Of a stretch of 61,822 nt of DNA, positions 50,712 through 60,875 are shown one piece after another. Each line of letters opens with the position of its first letter. The stretch's first letter is position 1. The stretch is taken from assembly GCA_019744885.1 (NCBI GenBank), contig JAIETY010000012.1, positions 1 through 61,822 on the forward strand. The letters run 5' to 3'. The position numbers and the translations under genes were made by a program. The notes beneath the pieces are model-generated. The model saw only the letters and a list, made by a program, of their open reading frames with translations, was not told where the DNA came from and made no database searches. The stretch comes from Sphingomonas sp. (GTDB taxonomy: Bacteria; Pseudomonadota; Alphaproteobacteria; Sphingomonadales; Sphingomonadaceae).

Positions 50712-51833
50712 TCAGGCCGCGACGCTGTTGCTGCGTTCGAGCACGCGGATCAGCTGTTCGCGCCAGCGCGCCGGTCCGCCGATGATTCCGCCGAGCAACC
50801 GCGAGCGGCGATAATGGAGATGCGCATCCAGATCCCAGGTGAAGCCCATGCCGCCATGGACCTGGATATTCTCCTTGGCGCAGTTGAAATAGGCGCGGGT
50901 GACCCCGATCATTGCGACCGCCGCAGCCTCGTCCAGACTGGCATCGTCGGTGGAGAGCGCCCAGGCGGCGTAGTAGCAGTTGGAACGCGCCAGCTCGAGT
51001 TCCGAGAACAGATCGGCCAGCTTGTGCTTGATCGCCTGGAATGATCCGATCGCACGACCAAAGGCGAAGCGCTCCTTGGCATAGGCGACGCCCATCGCCA
51101 GCGCGGCATCCGCCCCGCCCAGTTGCTCGAACGAGAACAGGATGGCGGCGCGGTTGAGCAAGGTTTGGAGCGCGGCCTCGCCGCCCGCCAGCTTCTGCGC
51201 GACGGCATCGGTGAAGGTGAGGCGCGCGAGCTTGCGGCTGTCGTCGATCCCCGGCTCGGCCACGCGGGCGACGCCGGGCTGGGCCAGCTCGACCAGATAC
51301 AGGCCAAAGCCATCCGCGCCATTTGCAGCGACGATGGCGATATCGGCGGCCAACCCGTCAAGCACCGGCCATTTGGTGCCATTGAGCCGGCATGCATCGC
51401 CCAAACCGGACGCCGTCACTTGCAACCTGCTCCATGAGGGCGAACCGACGCCCTCCGCCAGCGCCAACGCACCGACAGCCTCACCGGCCGCGAGTTTCAG
51501 CAGCCATGCCTGTTTCTGCTCGTCGCTGCCGAACTGCAGCAGCGCCTCGGCGGCCAGATAGATGCTCGATGCGAACGGCACCGGCGCAAGCGCGCGGCCA
51601 AGTTCCTCGGCGATCACGCACAGCTCGAGGTAGCCGAGCCCCAGCCCGCCGAATTCCTCCGGGATCGCAACGCCCGCCCAACCCAGCGCCCCTATTTCCT
51701 GCCACAATGCCGCATCATAGGGCTGATCGGACTCGAGCACGCCGCGCACCACGGCGCTGGTCGATTTGTCGGCGAGAACCCGCCGCACCTCGCCGCGCAG
51801 CATCTCCTGTTCTTCGGAAAAGTCGAAATTCAC
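50712..51833 (-). CDS. Acyl-CoA dehydrogenase, short partner subunit of a hetero-pair
   Basis: FGRAIGSFQAIKHKLA, QVHGGMGFTW; GTG start with RBS. Confidence 0.88.
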   Translation of the reverse strand: MNFDFSEEQEMLRGEVRRVLADKSTSAVVRGVLESDQPYDAALWQEIGALGWAGVAIPEEFGGLGLGYLELCVIAEELGRALAPVPFASSIYLAAEALLQFGSDEQKQAWLLKLAAGEAVGALALAEGVGSPSWSRLQVTASGLGDACRLNGTKWPVLDGLAADIAIVAANGADGFGLYLVELAQPGVARVAEPGIDDSRKLARLTFTDAVAQKLAGGEAALQTLLNRAAILFSFEQLGGADAALAMGVAYAKERFAFGRAIGSFQAIKHKLADLFSELELARSNCYYAAWALSTDDASLDEAAAVAMIGVTRAYFNCAKENIQVHGGMGFTWDLDAHLHYRRSRLLGGIIGGPARWREQLIRVLERSNSVAA

Positions 51834-51888
51834 CTGCCGCTTGTCCTTCCAACGCCCCGCTGCTCAGCGCATCGTGCCACAACATCCA

Positions 51889-51990
51889 TCCGTTTGCCCT
51901 GAGCTTGTCGACGGGCTGCTTTTTCTTCGTGCCTCAGCGCCTGCCGCTCGAAGAACAAGGCGGGGCTTCGACAAGCTCAGCCCCAACGGA
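51889..51990. repeat. REP-like inverted-repeat element
   Basis: TCCGTT..CTGAGCTTGTCGA ... TCGACAAGCTCAG..AACGGA: perfect 13-bp inner arms and 6-bp outer arms. Confidence 0.75.
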
Positions 51991-52055
51991 ATTTAACGAT
52001 TCCAGTCGAGGAACGAAGCTCTAGCGATCTATGAAACGCCACCCCCGCCGTCGCT

Positions 52056-52091
52056 GGCGAAACATGACGACCCACCAAGGGAATCGCGACA
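52056..52091 (-). promoter_or_regulatory. Bipartite 22-bp-period motif, copy E
   Basis: TGTCGCGATTCCCT-N8-CGTCATGTTTCGCC upstream of the ACAD pair. Confidence 0.55.
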
Positions 52092-52106
52092 GACCGCGCG
52101 CCGCGC

Positions 52107-55100
52107 CTACCAGGTATCGATATGGCTGCGTTTCTTGGCCGCTCGCGGGCCCTCTGGCGGGCGTGAGCGCAGCGCGCTCATGATCCAGCGACGGCTGTCC
52201 GCCGGGTCGATCACATCGTCGATCTCGAAATGCGCAGCGGCATTGGCGGCCTTGCCGAAGGCATAGGCGGCGGCGACCTGTTTGCGGTAATAGGCCTCGC
52301 GCTCCTCCAAATCCTCGATCGCTTCCAGCTCTTTGCGCAAGCCAAGCTTGATCGCGCCCTCCAGCCCCATCCCGCCAAACTCGCCATTGGGCCAGCTGAC
52401 CGTGAAGGCGGGGATTTTCGATTGCCCCGCCAGCATCGCCATCGCGCCCAGCCCGTACGCCTTGCGCAGCACGATCGCCATCACCGGAATGCTCATCCCC
52501 GCGGCCGTCACGAACAGCCGGGCAAAGCGGCGCACCGTCGCGGTCTTCTCGCTTTCCGGCCCGACCATGAAGCCCGGCGTGTCGCACAGCGACAGCAGCG
52601 GAATGTCATGCGCGTCGCACAACTGCATGAACCGCGACGCCTTGTCGGCGGCAGGCGCATCGATCGCGCCACCCAGATGCAGCGGGTTGTTGGCGATGAT
52701 GCCGATCGGCCGACCCTCGATCCGGGCAAAGGCGGTCAGGATGCCCTGGCCATAGCCTTTGCGGATTTCCAGCACGCTGCCAGTGTCGGCGAGCCCGGCG
52801 ATCACGCTGCGGACGTCATAGGCGCGCACCCGGTCTTCAGGGATCAGGCGGCGCAGGATACGCTGGTCGGGCGCTTCCCACTGCGTCTTGGTGCCCTGAA
52901 AATAGGAGAGATATTGCCGCGCCACCGCGACCGCCTCCGCCTCGTCCTTCACCGCGATGTCGACAACGCCATTGGGCACCTGCACCGACATCGGCCCGAC
53001 CTCGTCGGGCGCATAGACACCCAGCCCGCCGCCCTCGATCATCGCCGGGCCACCCATGCCGATCGTGCTGTTCTCGGTCGCGATGATCACGTCGCAGCAG
53101 CCAAGGAGCGCCGCATTGCCAGCAAAGCACCGGCCCGAATTGATACCGATGAGCGGCACCAGCCCGCTCAGCCGCGCGAGGATCTGGAACGAGGGCACTT
53201 CCAGCCCCGTGACCGCGACAATATCGATGTCGCCCGGCCGTCCGCCGCCGCCCTCGCTGAACAGGATCACCGGCAGCCGCTGCCGCTCGGCCAAGTCGAA
53301 CAGCCGGTCCTTCTTGCGGTGGGTGTGGTGACCCTGGGTGCCCGCCATCACGGTGTAATCATAGGACAGCACCGCACATTGGCTCGCCGCCTCGCCAAAA
53401 TCGGCACCGTTGACCTGGCCGATACCGGTGATGATGCCATCGGCGGGCGTGTTGCGGATCAGATCGTCGAGCGTCCGCCGCTTCTTCTGGCTGGCGATCG
53501 CAAGCGCGCCATATTCGACGAAGCTGCCCGCGTCGCACAGATCATCGATATTCTCGCGCGCGGTGCGCTGCCCGGTCTTGCGCCGCCGGGCGACGGCTTC
53601 GGGGCGCGCCTCGTCCTGCCCCAGCGCGCGGCGGGCGATCAGCTCGGCGAGATCGGGGCGGATATGGTCGGGGTCGATTGCGGTCTCATCGGCCATCATC
53701 GCGCCGCTGTCGCCCTCATCGGCCTCGATCACCAGCAAGGGCACATCGGCCATCACGATCTGGCCGACCGTCACGCCGATCTGCACGACGATCCCGGCGC
53801 GTGGCGCGGTGATGGCGTGGACCATCTTCATCGCCTCCATCGTGGCGAGCGTCTGGCCGCGTTTCACCCGGTCACCGGGTGCGACCTCCAACCCGACGAT
53901 CAGCCCCTGCATCGGTGCTTCGACCAGCATTGATCCCGGCGAGAGATCGATATCGAGCACCGCCCCCGTAGCCGCAGTAGCGGTATCCGCTTCGGGTGCG
54001 TGGCGCGCCTTCACCTGCGCACTGGCCGACGCGACCAGTTCGGGCAAATGATCGTCAACGAACCGGGTATAGACCCCGCCCGCCGCCAGTTCGGGCCGGG
54101 CGAGCAGCGCCTGCAGGAAGGTGATATTGGTCTCCACCCCGGTGATCCGGCAATCGCCCAGCGCCCGCCGCGCCTTGGCCAGCAGCGCGGCAAAATCATC
54201 GCCCGGCACATGCACGATCAGCTTGGCGAGCAGGCTGTCGTAGCGCGGATTGATCGCATAGCCGGCATAGCCATAGCCATCGACCCGCACCCCGCGCCCG
54301 GACGGCAGCGCATAGCTGCCGATCACGCCAAGCGACGGTCGCGCCTCGCCCGCCGCCGTCATCACTTCCATGTTGATCCGCGCCTGCAGCGCAAAGCCGC
54401 GCGGATTGACCCGGCGGTCGAGCCCCAGATCCCCAAGCGTCGCGCCCGCCGCGATCAGCAGCTGGGTCTGGACCAGATCGACGTCCATCACTTCTTCGGT
54501 AATGGTGTGCTCGACCTGAATGCGCGGATTGGCCTCCAGAAAGAAGAAATCGGCGTCATCGGGTCGATCGCGCATCCCCTCTGCATCGACCAGAAATTCG
54601 AAGGTGCCGATGTTGCGATACACCGCCGCGCTCGCCAGCCGCACCGCCGCTGCCGTGATCTTGTCGCGCAGCACTGGCGAGAGATCAGGGCATGGCGCAA
54701 TCTCGATGATTTTCTGGTTACGCCGCTGAAACGAGCATTCGCGCTCGCCCAGATGGATGACCCCGCCCTGGCCATCGGCAACGATCTGCACCTCGATATG
54801 CCGCGCGCGCGGCATGAAACGCTCGACGAACAGCGCGTCGTCACCAAAGGCGAGCCGCGCCTCGGCCTGACAGGCGGCATAAGCATCGGCGATGTCCCCG
54901 ACTGCCGAGACGATCCGCATCCCGCGCCCGCCACCGCCCGCGACTGCCTTGATCATCACCGCCGCGCCCACGCCGAGGCCAGCGTAAAAGGCCTGCGCCT
55001 CGGCCAGCGTCACGCCGCCCCCGGAACCCGGCATCACTGGCACGCCGCTCCTCTCGGCCAGCGCCCGCGCATTGGCCTTGTTGGCGAACAGGTCGAGCGC

Positions 55101-55424
55101 GTCGGCAGACGGCCCGACAAACACGATTCCCGCCGCCGCGCACGCCCGCGCGAAATCGGCATTTTCCGACAGGAAACCATAGCCGGGGTGGACTGCATCG
55201 CACCCATTGGCCAACGCAACGGTGACCATCTGCGCGATGTCGAGATAGGCCGCCGCGCCCGTGCCGGACAGCAGCGCGCTTGCGTCCGCCTTGAAGCAAT
55301 GCAGCGACTGCGCGTCGTCCGCGCTGTGCACCGCCAGCGTCGCAATGCCGAGATCGGCGGCCGCCGCCGCGATGCGGATCGCGATCTCCCCCCGGTTGGC
55401 GATCAGCAGTTTGGCAATGGCCAT
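52107..55424 (-). CDS. Single-chain biotin-dependent acyl-CoA carboxylase (BC-BCCP-CT; long-chain acyl-CoA carboxylase-like)
   Basis: ANRGEIA, PGYGFLSEN, GGGGRGMR, biotin site EAMKM, CT motifs GGGRPGD, DTPGF, RKAYG. Confidence 0.92.
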   Translation of the reverse strand: MAIAKLLIANRGEIAIRIAAAAADLGIATLAVHSADDAQSLHCFKADASALLSGTGAAAYLDIAQMVTVALANGCDAVHPGYGFLSENADFARACAAAGIVFVGPSADALDLFANKANARALAERSGVPVMPGSGGGVTLAEAQAFYAGLGVGAAVMIKAVAGGGGRGMRIVSAVGDIADAYAACQAEARLAFGDDALFVERFMPRARHIEVQIVADGQGGVIHLGERECSFQRRNQKIIEIAPCPDLSPVLRDKITAAAVRLASAAVYRNIGTFEFLVDAEGMRDRPDDADFFFLEANPRIQVEHTITEEVMDVDLVQTQLLIAAGATLGDLGLDRRVNPRGFALQARINMEVMTAAGEARPSLGVIGSYALPSGRGVRVDGYGYAGYAINPRYDSLLAKLIVHVPGDDFAALLAKARRALGDCRITGVETNITFLQALLARPELAAGGVYTRFVDDHLPELVASASAQVKARHAPEADTATAATGAVLDIDLSPGSMLVEAPMQGLIVGLEVAPGDRVKRGQTLATMEAMKMVHAITAPRAGIVVQIGVTVGQIVMADVPLLVIEADEGDSGAMMADETAIDPDHIRPDLAELIARRALGQDEARPEAVARRRKTGQRTARENIDDLCDAGSFVEYGALAIASQKKRRTLDDLIRNTPADGIITGIGQVNGADFGEAASQCAVLSYDYTVMAGTQGHHTHRKKDRLFDLAERQRLPVILFSEGGGGRPGDIDIVAVTGLEVPSFQILARLSGLVPLIGINSGRCFAGNAALLGCCDVIIATENSTIGMGGPAMIEGGGLGVYAPDEVGPMSVQVPNGVVDIAVKDEAEAVAVARQYLSYFQGTKTQWEAPDQRILRRLIPEDRVRAYDVRSVIAGLADTGSVLEIRKGYGQGILTAFARIEGRPIGIIANNPLHLGGAIDAPAADKASRFMQLCDAHDIPLLSLCDTPGFMVGPESEKTATVRRFARLFVTAAGMSIPVMAIVLRKAYGLGAMAMLAGQSKIPAFTVSWPNGEFGGMGLEGAIKLGLRKELEAIEDLEEREAYYRKQVAAAYAFGKAANAAAHFEIDDVIDPADSRRWIMSALRSRPPEGPRAAKKRSHIDTW

Positions 55425-55433
55425 GTTATCGCG

Positions 55434-56906
55434 TCATCCCCTAGCGTCATCCAGACCATAGGCCAGCAGCGCCGCTTCGCTATCCAGATTTTCGACGATG
55501 AAGGCATGGTCGCGCAGCACCATGCTGGGGCGGGTGTCGGCTGCATAGGTCGGCCAGTACGGCAAATCGCCGCCATTGGGATCGCCGGTGCGCATGAAAC
55601 GGGCGAAGCTGTCGGTCCACAAATCCATCAGCTTGCGATTGACATCATTGTTGGGGTGGAAGCCCAGCATCGCCCCCTCCGCAACCTCTTCGTCATCGAA
55701 CAGATTGAAAGAAAACGGCATATCGCTCGCGTGCGTCGGGCCATACTCATGGTCGGTCGGCACTTCGAAGCTATAGACCCAGGCGGGCATGCCGATCGCG
55801 GTACAGGCATCCGCCGCGCGCACGGTGGGCGATCGGAAATAATCATACCACAGCCGCGTCATCCGTTCGCGCAAACTGCCACCCGGAATCAACGTGTCGA
55901 GGAAGTGCATATAGCGCTCGCCATCCCCCGCACCGATGGTGACGGCGATGCCGGCCAGTATCTGCTCGAGCCCCTCTAGCCCCGCTTCCTCCACGGCAGG
56001 GGTCAGCATTGTGCCTTCATCGATACAGGCGCCGATGATCAGCGGCACCGGGTTCACGCGGTTGCGGATCGCTTCATGGCAAGTCGCAACGATCACCGTG
56101 CCATCGACGGCGGTGACCGCCGCCATGCTGCCCTCCGACTGCAGCTTGAACAGCTCTTCGCTCGACAGGCCGCGAAGATGATCGAAGAACGCCGTCTCGC
56201 TCATGCCGAAGGCGGCGGCAAAGGGCGTAATGAAATCGGGCGCGCTTGGCGCAATTTCGCCGGGGCTGAAGGCGATCGCCTTGTGAAACAGCCCCCTGGC
56301 GCTGGGTGCGCCCATCAGCGCGATCACCGATCCGGCCCCCGCGCTCACCCCGCTGATCGTGACATTGTCCGGGTCGCCGCCATAATCCGCGATATTGTCG
56401 GCCACCCAGCGCAGGGCTGCGATCTGGTCCTGAAAGCCCAGGCTGCCGCTGCCGACATAGTCGGGCCCGAACCGGCTGAGATCGAGGAAACCAAACGAGC
56501 CAAGCCGGTAGTTGATCGCCACCATCACCACATCATGCTTGCGGGCAAAGGGCGTGGGATCGAAATCATTGGCCGAGCCGACGGTGAAGCCGCCGCCATG
56601 GATATAGACCTGCACCGGCCGACGCTTGTCATCGGCGGCGGGGGTGTGGATGTTGAGGTAGAGCATGTCCTCGCTCATCGCGCCGGGGATATCACCCCGA
56701 CGCAGCGATTGCGGGAAGGGCAGCTGAAAACTGCGATTGGGATACAGCGTGGCATCGAACACGCCCTGCCAGGGGGCCGCAGGCACCGGCGGCAGCCAGC
56801 GTCGCTCGCCGACCGGGGGCGCTGCATAGGGCAGCCCCAGGAAGGACATGCTCGAGGGTCGGTCGATCCCCCGCACCTGGCCAAGCCGCGTGTCGATCGT
56901 CACCAT
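55434..56906 (-). CDS. Type-B carboxylesterase
   Basis: FLGLPYAAPPVG, SEDMLYLNI, HGGGF, GVSAG, HASD; start moved to MVTIDT at 56906. Confidence 0.9.
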   Translation of the reverse strand: MVTIDTRLGQVRGIDRPSSMSFLGLPYAAPPVGERRWLPPVPAAPWQGVFDATLYPNRSFQLPFPQSLRRGDIPGAMSEDMLYLNIHTPAADDKRRPVQVYIHGGGFTVGSANDFDPTPFARKHDVVMVAINYRLGSFGFLDLSRFGPDYVGSGSLGFQDQIAALRWVADNIADYGGDPDNVTISGVSAGAGSVIALMGAPSARGLFHKAIAFSPGEIAPSAPDFITPFAAAFGMSETAFFDHLRGLSSEELFKLQSEGSMAAVTAVDGTVIVATCHEAIRNRVNPVPLIIGACIDEGTMLTPAVEEAGLEGLEQILAGIAVTIGAGDGERYMHFLDTLIPGGSLRERMTRLWYDYFRSPTVRAADACTAIGMPAWVYSFEVPTDHEYGPTHASDMPFSFNLFDDEEVAEGAMLGFHPNNDVNRKLMDLWTDSFARFMRTGDPNGGDLPYWPTYAADTRPSMVLRDHAFIVENLDSEAALLAYGLDDARG

Positions 56907-56958
56907 TACATCCGCTCCCTTCGCCGAAACCGTCGAAGAAACAGCCCGCGCTCGCCAT

Positions 56959-56994
56959 GGCAAGGCGCGCCAGCCCCGCCAGCAATTCAGGACG
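56959..56994 (-). promoter_or_regulatory. Bipartite 22-bp-period motif, copy F
   Basis: CGTCCTGAATTGCT-N8-TGGCGCGCCTTGCC upstream of the carboxylesterase. Confidence 0.55.
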
Positions 56995-57008
56995 ATGGCC
57001 GCCCCGCA

Positions 57009-57044
57009 TGGCATGAAATACCAGCCAATTTGTCCCGTTTCGCC
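57009..57044 (+). promoter_or_regulatory. Bipartite 22-bp-period motif, copy B
   Basis: TGGCATGAAATACC-N8-TGTCCCGTTTCGCC; 57009-57049 matches 18534-18574 at 30/41 positions by hand count. Confidence 0.65.
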
Positions 57045-57097
57045 CCGGACGAATACCCCGCCAATCCTATAGGCCAAGCGGTATCAGGGAGGACCAG

Positions 57098-57559
57098 ATG
57101 CCGGGCTATACACGCGAAACAATCAAGGCCGTGATCGGCACGGAGGTTGGCCTCTCCAAATGGATCACGATCGACCAGAGCATGATCGATCGCTTCGCCG
57201 ACCTGACCGACGACCACCAGTTCATCCATGTCGATGCCGAACGCGCCGCCAAGACGCCGATGGGCGGCACGATCGCGCATGGCTTCCTGACGCTGTCGAT
57301 GCTCGGCGGGCTGGCGACCGTCGCCGATATCGGCATGGCGGGTGCGACGATGGGCTTCAACTATGGCTTCAACAAGATCCGCTTCATCACCCCCGTCCGC
57401 TCGGGTAGCCGGGTGCGCGCGCGCTTCACGCTGATCGATATGGAGGAGCGCAGCCCCAATCAGTGGATGGCGACGATGGGCGTGACGGTAGAGATCGAAG
57501 GGCAGGACAAACCCGCGCTCACCGCCGAATGGCTTACCCTCACCATCACCGCCGCATAA
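57098..57559 (+). CDS. MaoC/NodN-like dehydratase
   Basis: FADLTDDHQFIHVD, TIAHGFLTLS, NYGFNKIRF. Confidence 0.9.
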   Translation: MPGYTRETIKAVIGTEVGLSKWITIDQSMIDRFADLTDDHQFIHVDAERAAKTPMGGTIAHGFLTLSMLGGLATVADIGMAGATMGFNYGFNKIRFITPVRSGSRVRARFTLIDMEERSPNQWMATMGVTVEIEGQDKPALTAEWLTLTITAA

Positions 57560-57582
57560 CCAGCAAGCAAGCGAGACCAGCC

Positions 57583-58518
57583 ATGTCGATCCGTTATGAC
57601 AACCGCGTCGTCATCATCACCGGGGCCGGCGGCGGCCTGGGCCGCGAGCACGCGCTGCAGTTCGCCGCACGTGGCGGGCGCGTTGTCGTCAATGATTTCG
57701 GCGGCGCGGTGGACGGGATGGGCGGATCGTCCGAACCGGCCGAGCGGGTCGCGGCGGAAATCATCGCAGCGGGAGGCGAAGCCATTGCGCACGGGGCAAA
57801 CGTCACCAATCCCGATCACGTCGCCGACATGGTCGCGCAGGCAATGGCGAAATGGGGCCGGGTCGACATCCTGATCAACAATGCGGGCATTTTGCGCGAC
57901 GCGAGCTTCGGCAAAACCACGCCCGATTCGTTCCGCGCAGTTACCGACGTGCATCTACTCGGATCGGCATTCTGCGCGCTCGCGGTGTGGCCGCACATGC
58001 GCGCGGCCGGCTTTGGCAGGATCGTGATGACCAGCTCGTCATCGGGCATTTACGGCAATTTCGGCCAGGCCAATTATGCCTCTGCCAAGATGGGTGTCGT
58101 CGGGCTCATGAACGTGCTGCATCTGGAGGGCGCGAAGAACAACATCCGCGTCAACACGCTGGTGCCCGCCGCTGCCACGCGCATGACCGAGAACCTCACG
58201 CCACCAGCGATCCAGGCGCTGATGAAGACGTCATCGGTGACCCCAGCGGTGCTGTTCATGGCCAGCGACGACGCGCCCTCGCGGGTTATCCTGGCGGCCG
58301 GCTCGGGCGGCTATTCACGCGTCTATGTGGTGGAGAGCGAGGGCATTTTCCTCCCCGCCGACCAGCAAACGCCCGAAGCCATCGCCGCGAATTTCGATGC
58401 GATCTGCGACAAGGCGACCTTGCACGAATATGGCGATGTCAGCGGCCAGACGATCAAGTTCCTGAAGAAGGCTGCCGCCGATGCGGGGGTGGATTTGAAA
58501 CTGTCGGCGGGCCAGTAG
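57583..58518 (+). CDS. SDR, close paralog of 246..1166
   Basis: TGAGGGLG, NNAGILRD, GNFGQANYASAK. Confidence 0.9.
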   Translation: MSIRYDNRVVIITGAGGGLGREHALQFAARGGRVVVNDFGGAVDGMGGSSEPAERVAAEIIAAGGEAIAHGANVTNPDHVADMVAQAMAKWGRVDILINNAGILRDASFGKTTPDSFRAVTDVHLLGSAFCALAVWPHMRAAGFGRIVMTSSSSGIYGNFGQANYASAKMGVVGLMNVLHLEGAKNNIRVNTLVPAAATRMTENLTPPAIQALMKTSSVTPAVLFMASDDAPSRVILAAGSGGYSRVYVVESEGIFLPADQQTPEAIAANFDAICDKATLHEYGDVSGQTIKFLKKAAADAGVDLKLSAGQ

Positions 58519-58541
58519 CGCCCCTACTTCATCGACAGGCC

Positions 58542-59357
58542 CTACTTCTTCAACAAGGTCGCAAAAATCGCCAGCGCTTCGGTCGATGCTGACCGTTCGG
58601 CAATCCGCCGAAATTCCTCGGTCACGCGGTCGGTGAGCGGTTCGGTGTCGCGTCGCAGCAATCGCTTGGTTGCCTGTAACGAAATCGGTGGCTTGGTGGC
58701 GAGCGAAGCGGCGAGCGCCATGCCCCGCGCCGTGCCCTCGCCTGCGCCCACCACTTCGGACACCAGCCCAAGCGCCAACGCCTCAGGCGCTTCGATCCGT
58801 TCCGAAAGGAACAGGATGCGTGCCGCCTTCAGATAGCCGACCCGTTCCTTGAGCAGCAGCGACGATCCCGCTTCGGGCACCATTGCCAGATCGACAAAGG
58901 GGAATTTGATCCGGGTGTCGGGCTCGGCCACGATGAAATCGAAATGCAGCAGCATCGTCGCGCCAAAGCCCACGGCATTGCCCTGGATGCAGCCGATGAT
59001 CGGCTTGTCGGTTTCGATCAGCACATGGACAAGATCGATGCTCGGTGTCTTGCGCCCGACGATGCTTTGCGGGTCGAGCCCGGTCTTCTCGACCACATCG
59101 CCGAAACGCTGGAAATCGCCGATATCATTGCCCGCGCAGAAATCGCGCCCCTCACCCCGGATCAGGATGACGTTGATGCTGTCATCCGCCTGATAGGCGC
59201 GCAGGGCATCGGCAATCTCGCCATACATCGCGGATTTCAGCGCGTTGCGGCTTTGCGGCCGGTCGAGCACGATGATGCCGATCTTGCCGTCCTGTTCGCG
59301 GCGGATGAAGCCGGTTGGTTCGGTCGCGGTCGCTGCCGCCTGGGGGGCCGTGCTCAT
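58542..59357 (-). CDS. Enoyl-CoA hydratase/isomerase (delta3,delta2-isomerase-like)
   Basis: FCAGND, AVGFGATMLLH, PFVDLAMVPEAGSS. Confidence 0.88.
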   Translation of the reverse strand: MSTAPQAAATATEPTGFIRREQDGKIGIIVLDRPQSRNALKSAMYGEIADALRAYQADDSINVILIRGEGRDFCAGNDIGDFQRFGDVVEKTGLDPQSIVGRKTPSIDLVHVLIETDKPIIGCIQGNAVGFGATMLLHFDFIVAEPDTRIKFPFVDLAMVPEAGSSLLLKERVGYLKAARILFLSERIEAPEALALGLVSEVVGAGEGTARGMALAASLATKPPISLQATKRLLRRDTEPLTDRVTEEFRRIAERSASTEALAIFATLLKK

Positions 59358-60604
59358 GCCAGTCGCTCGATGATGATGGCGGGCGCCATGCCGCCAGCCG
59401 CGCACATGGTAACCAGGCCGTATCGCCCGCCCGATCGCTCAAGCTCGTCAAGTGCGGTACCGATCAGGATCGCGCCCGTCGCGCCGATCGGGTGGCCAAG
59501 CGCGCAGGCACCGCCGTTGATGTTCACCTTGGCCCGGTCGAGCCCCAGATCCCGGATGAACTTTTCGGCCACCACGGCAAAGGCCTCGTTGATTTCCCAG
59601 ACGTCGATGTCGTCCACCGTCAGCCCCGCCTTGGCCAGCACCTTGCGCGCGGCGGGCACCGGCGCGTTGAGCATCAGGGTGGGGTCGTCGCCGATATTGG
59701 CATAAGCGACGACGCGCGCCCGCGGCTTCATGCCGTGTTCGGCGACATAGTCCTCCGACGCCAGCAGCACCGCTGCCGCGCCATCGACCACGCCCGAGCT
59801 GTTGCCTGCGTGATGCACCCCGGTCCAGTCGAGATCGGGATAGCGGCGCTTGATCTGCTTGCGGAAGCTGGTGCCCGCCTGATCGACATCGGCGACCACG
59901 TCGAACGAGGGCTTGAGCCCGGCAAGCGTTTCCGCCGTAGTCTGCGGGCGGGGAAATTCCTCCCGGTCGAGTGCGACGGTGCCGTCCTCATTATGCACCG
60001 GCACCACCGACCGGTCGAACCGCCCCTCGCGGATGGCGACATCGGCGCGCGCCTGGCTGGTCAGCGCCAGCGCATCGGCTTCCGCGCGGCTGATCCCCTC
60101 CATCGCGGCGATGGCATCGGCACAGACGCCCTGCTGCGATTGCGGGTGGAGTTCGTCGAGCGCCTTGTTACCGGCGTTCATCCCCAGGAACGGGATGCCC
60201 AGCGCGATCTCCTTCTGCACCACATCGTTGACGTGCGACATCATTTCGCACCCGCCCGCGATCACCAGATCCTCCATGCCAGCCATGATCGATGCGGTCG
60301 CGAAGTTGACCGCCGAGATACCGCCGCCGCAGAAACGGTCGAGCGTCGTGCCCGATGCCTTCACGTCGTAACCCGCCGCCAGTGCCGCCATGCGGCCCAA
60401 GTCAAAGCCCTGCTTGCCCTTTTGCGTCGAAGTTGACCAGACGATGTCATCGACATCGGCGGTATCCAGATGATTGCGGTCCTTCAGCGCGCGCAGCACC
60501 GTCGCTGACAGATGCTGCGGGTGAAGATGCGCCAGCGCGCCCTTGCCGGTCTTGCCGATCCCGCGCGGGGTGCGGACAGCGTCGATGATATAGGCGGTGG
60601 GCAT
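59354..60604 (-). CDS. Acetyl-CoA C-acyltransferase (thiolase)
   Basis: DRFCGGG, NEAF, GHPIGATG, CAAGG. Confidence 0.92.
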   Translation of the reverse strand: MPTAYIIDAVRTPRGIGKTGKGALAHLHPQHLSATVLRALKDRNHLDTADVDDIVWSTSTQKGKQGFDLGRMAALAAGYDVKASGTTLDRFCGGGISAVNFATASIMAGMEDLVIAGGCEMMSHVNDVVQKEIALGIPFLGMNAGNKALDELHPQSQQGVCADAIAAMEGISRAEADALALTSQARADVAIREGRFDRSVVPVHNEDGTVALDREEFPRPQTTAETLAGLKPSFDVVADVDQAGTSFRKQIKRRYPDLDWTGVHHAGNSSGVVDGAAAVLLASEDYVAEHGMKPRARVVAYANIGDDPTLMLNAPVPAARKVLAKAGLTVDDIDVWEINEAFAVVAEKFIRDLGLDRAKVNINGGACALGHPIGATGAILIGTALDELERSGGRYGLVTMCAAGGMAPAIIIERLA

Positions 60605-60665
60605 GCGCAACTCTCCACGGGCAAATCTCGGTGGACCCTAGCGTAGCACGATGTTTCTGCGCCGT

Positions 60666-60701
60666 GGCCAAGCGCGACAGATCGACCGGCAAAACCGGAC
60701 A
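60666..60701 (-). promoter_or_regulatory. Bipartite 22-bp-period motif, copy D
   Basis: TGTCCGGTTTTGCC-N8-TGTCGCGCTTGGCC upstream of the thiolase and divergent from the AraC gene. Confidence 0.6.
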
Positions 60702-60775
60702 TCGCCGTGCCGCCGCCGAGCGATTATCGAGGTGCCGGATAGTCCTGCCGCCGTACGGTTTCGGCGAGAAGCGGC

Positions 60776-60805
60776 TTGACGAGACAAATGTTCAGTGGTC
60801 ATTCT
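60776..60805 (+). promoter_or_regulatory. Sigma70-type promoter of the AraC gene
   Basis: TTGACG-N18-CATTCT. Confidence 0.45.
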
Positions 60806-60875
60806 CCGGCCAGAGCTCCTTGAAAGGAGCCATGGTTTTTGGTCTTGCCCAAATGGGGTTTAGGAGAAGCTGGCG

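Noticed and set aside
51864-51879. TGGCACG resembling a sigma54 -24 box (minus strand)
   Set aside because: No GC at the required -12 position
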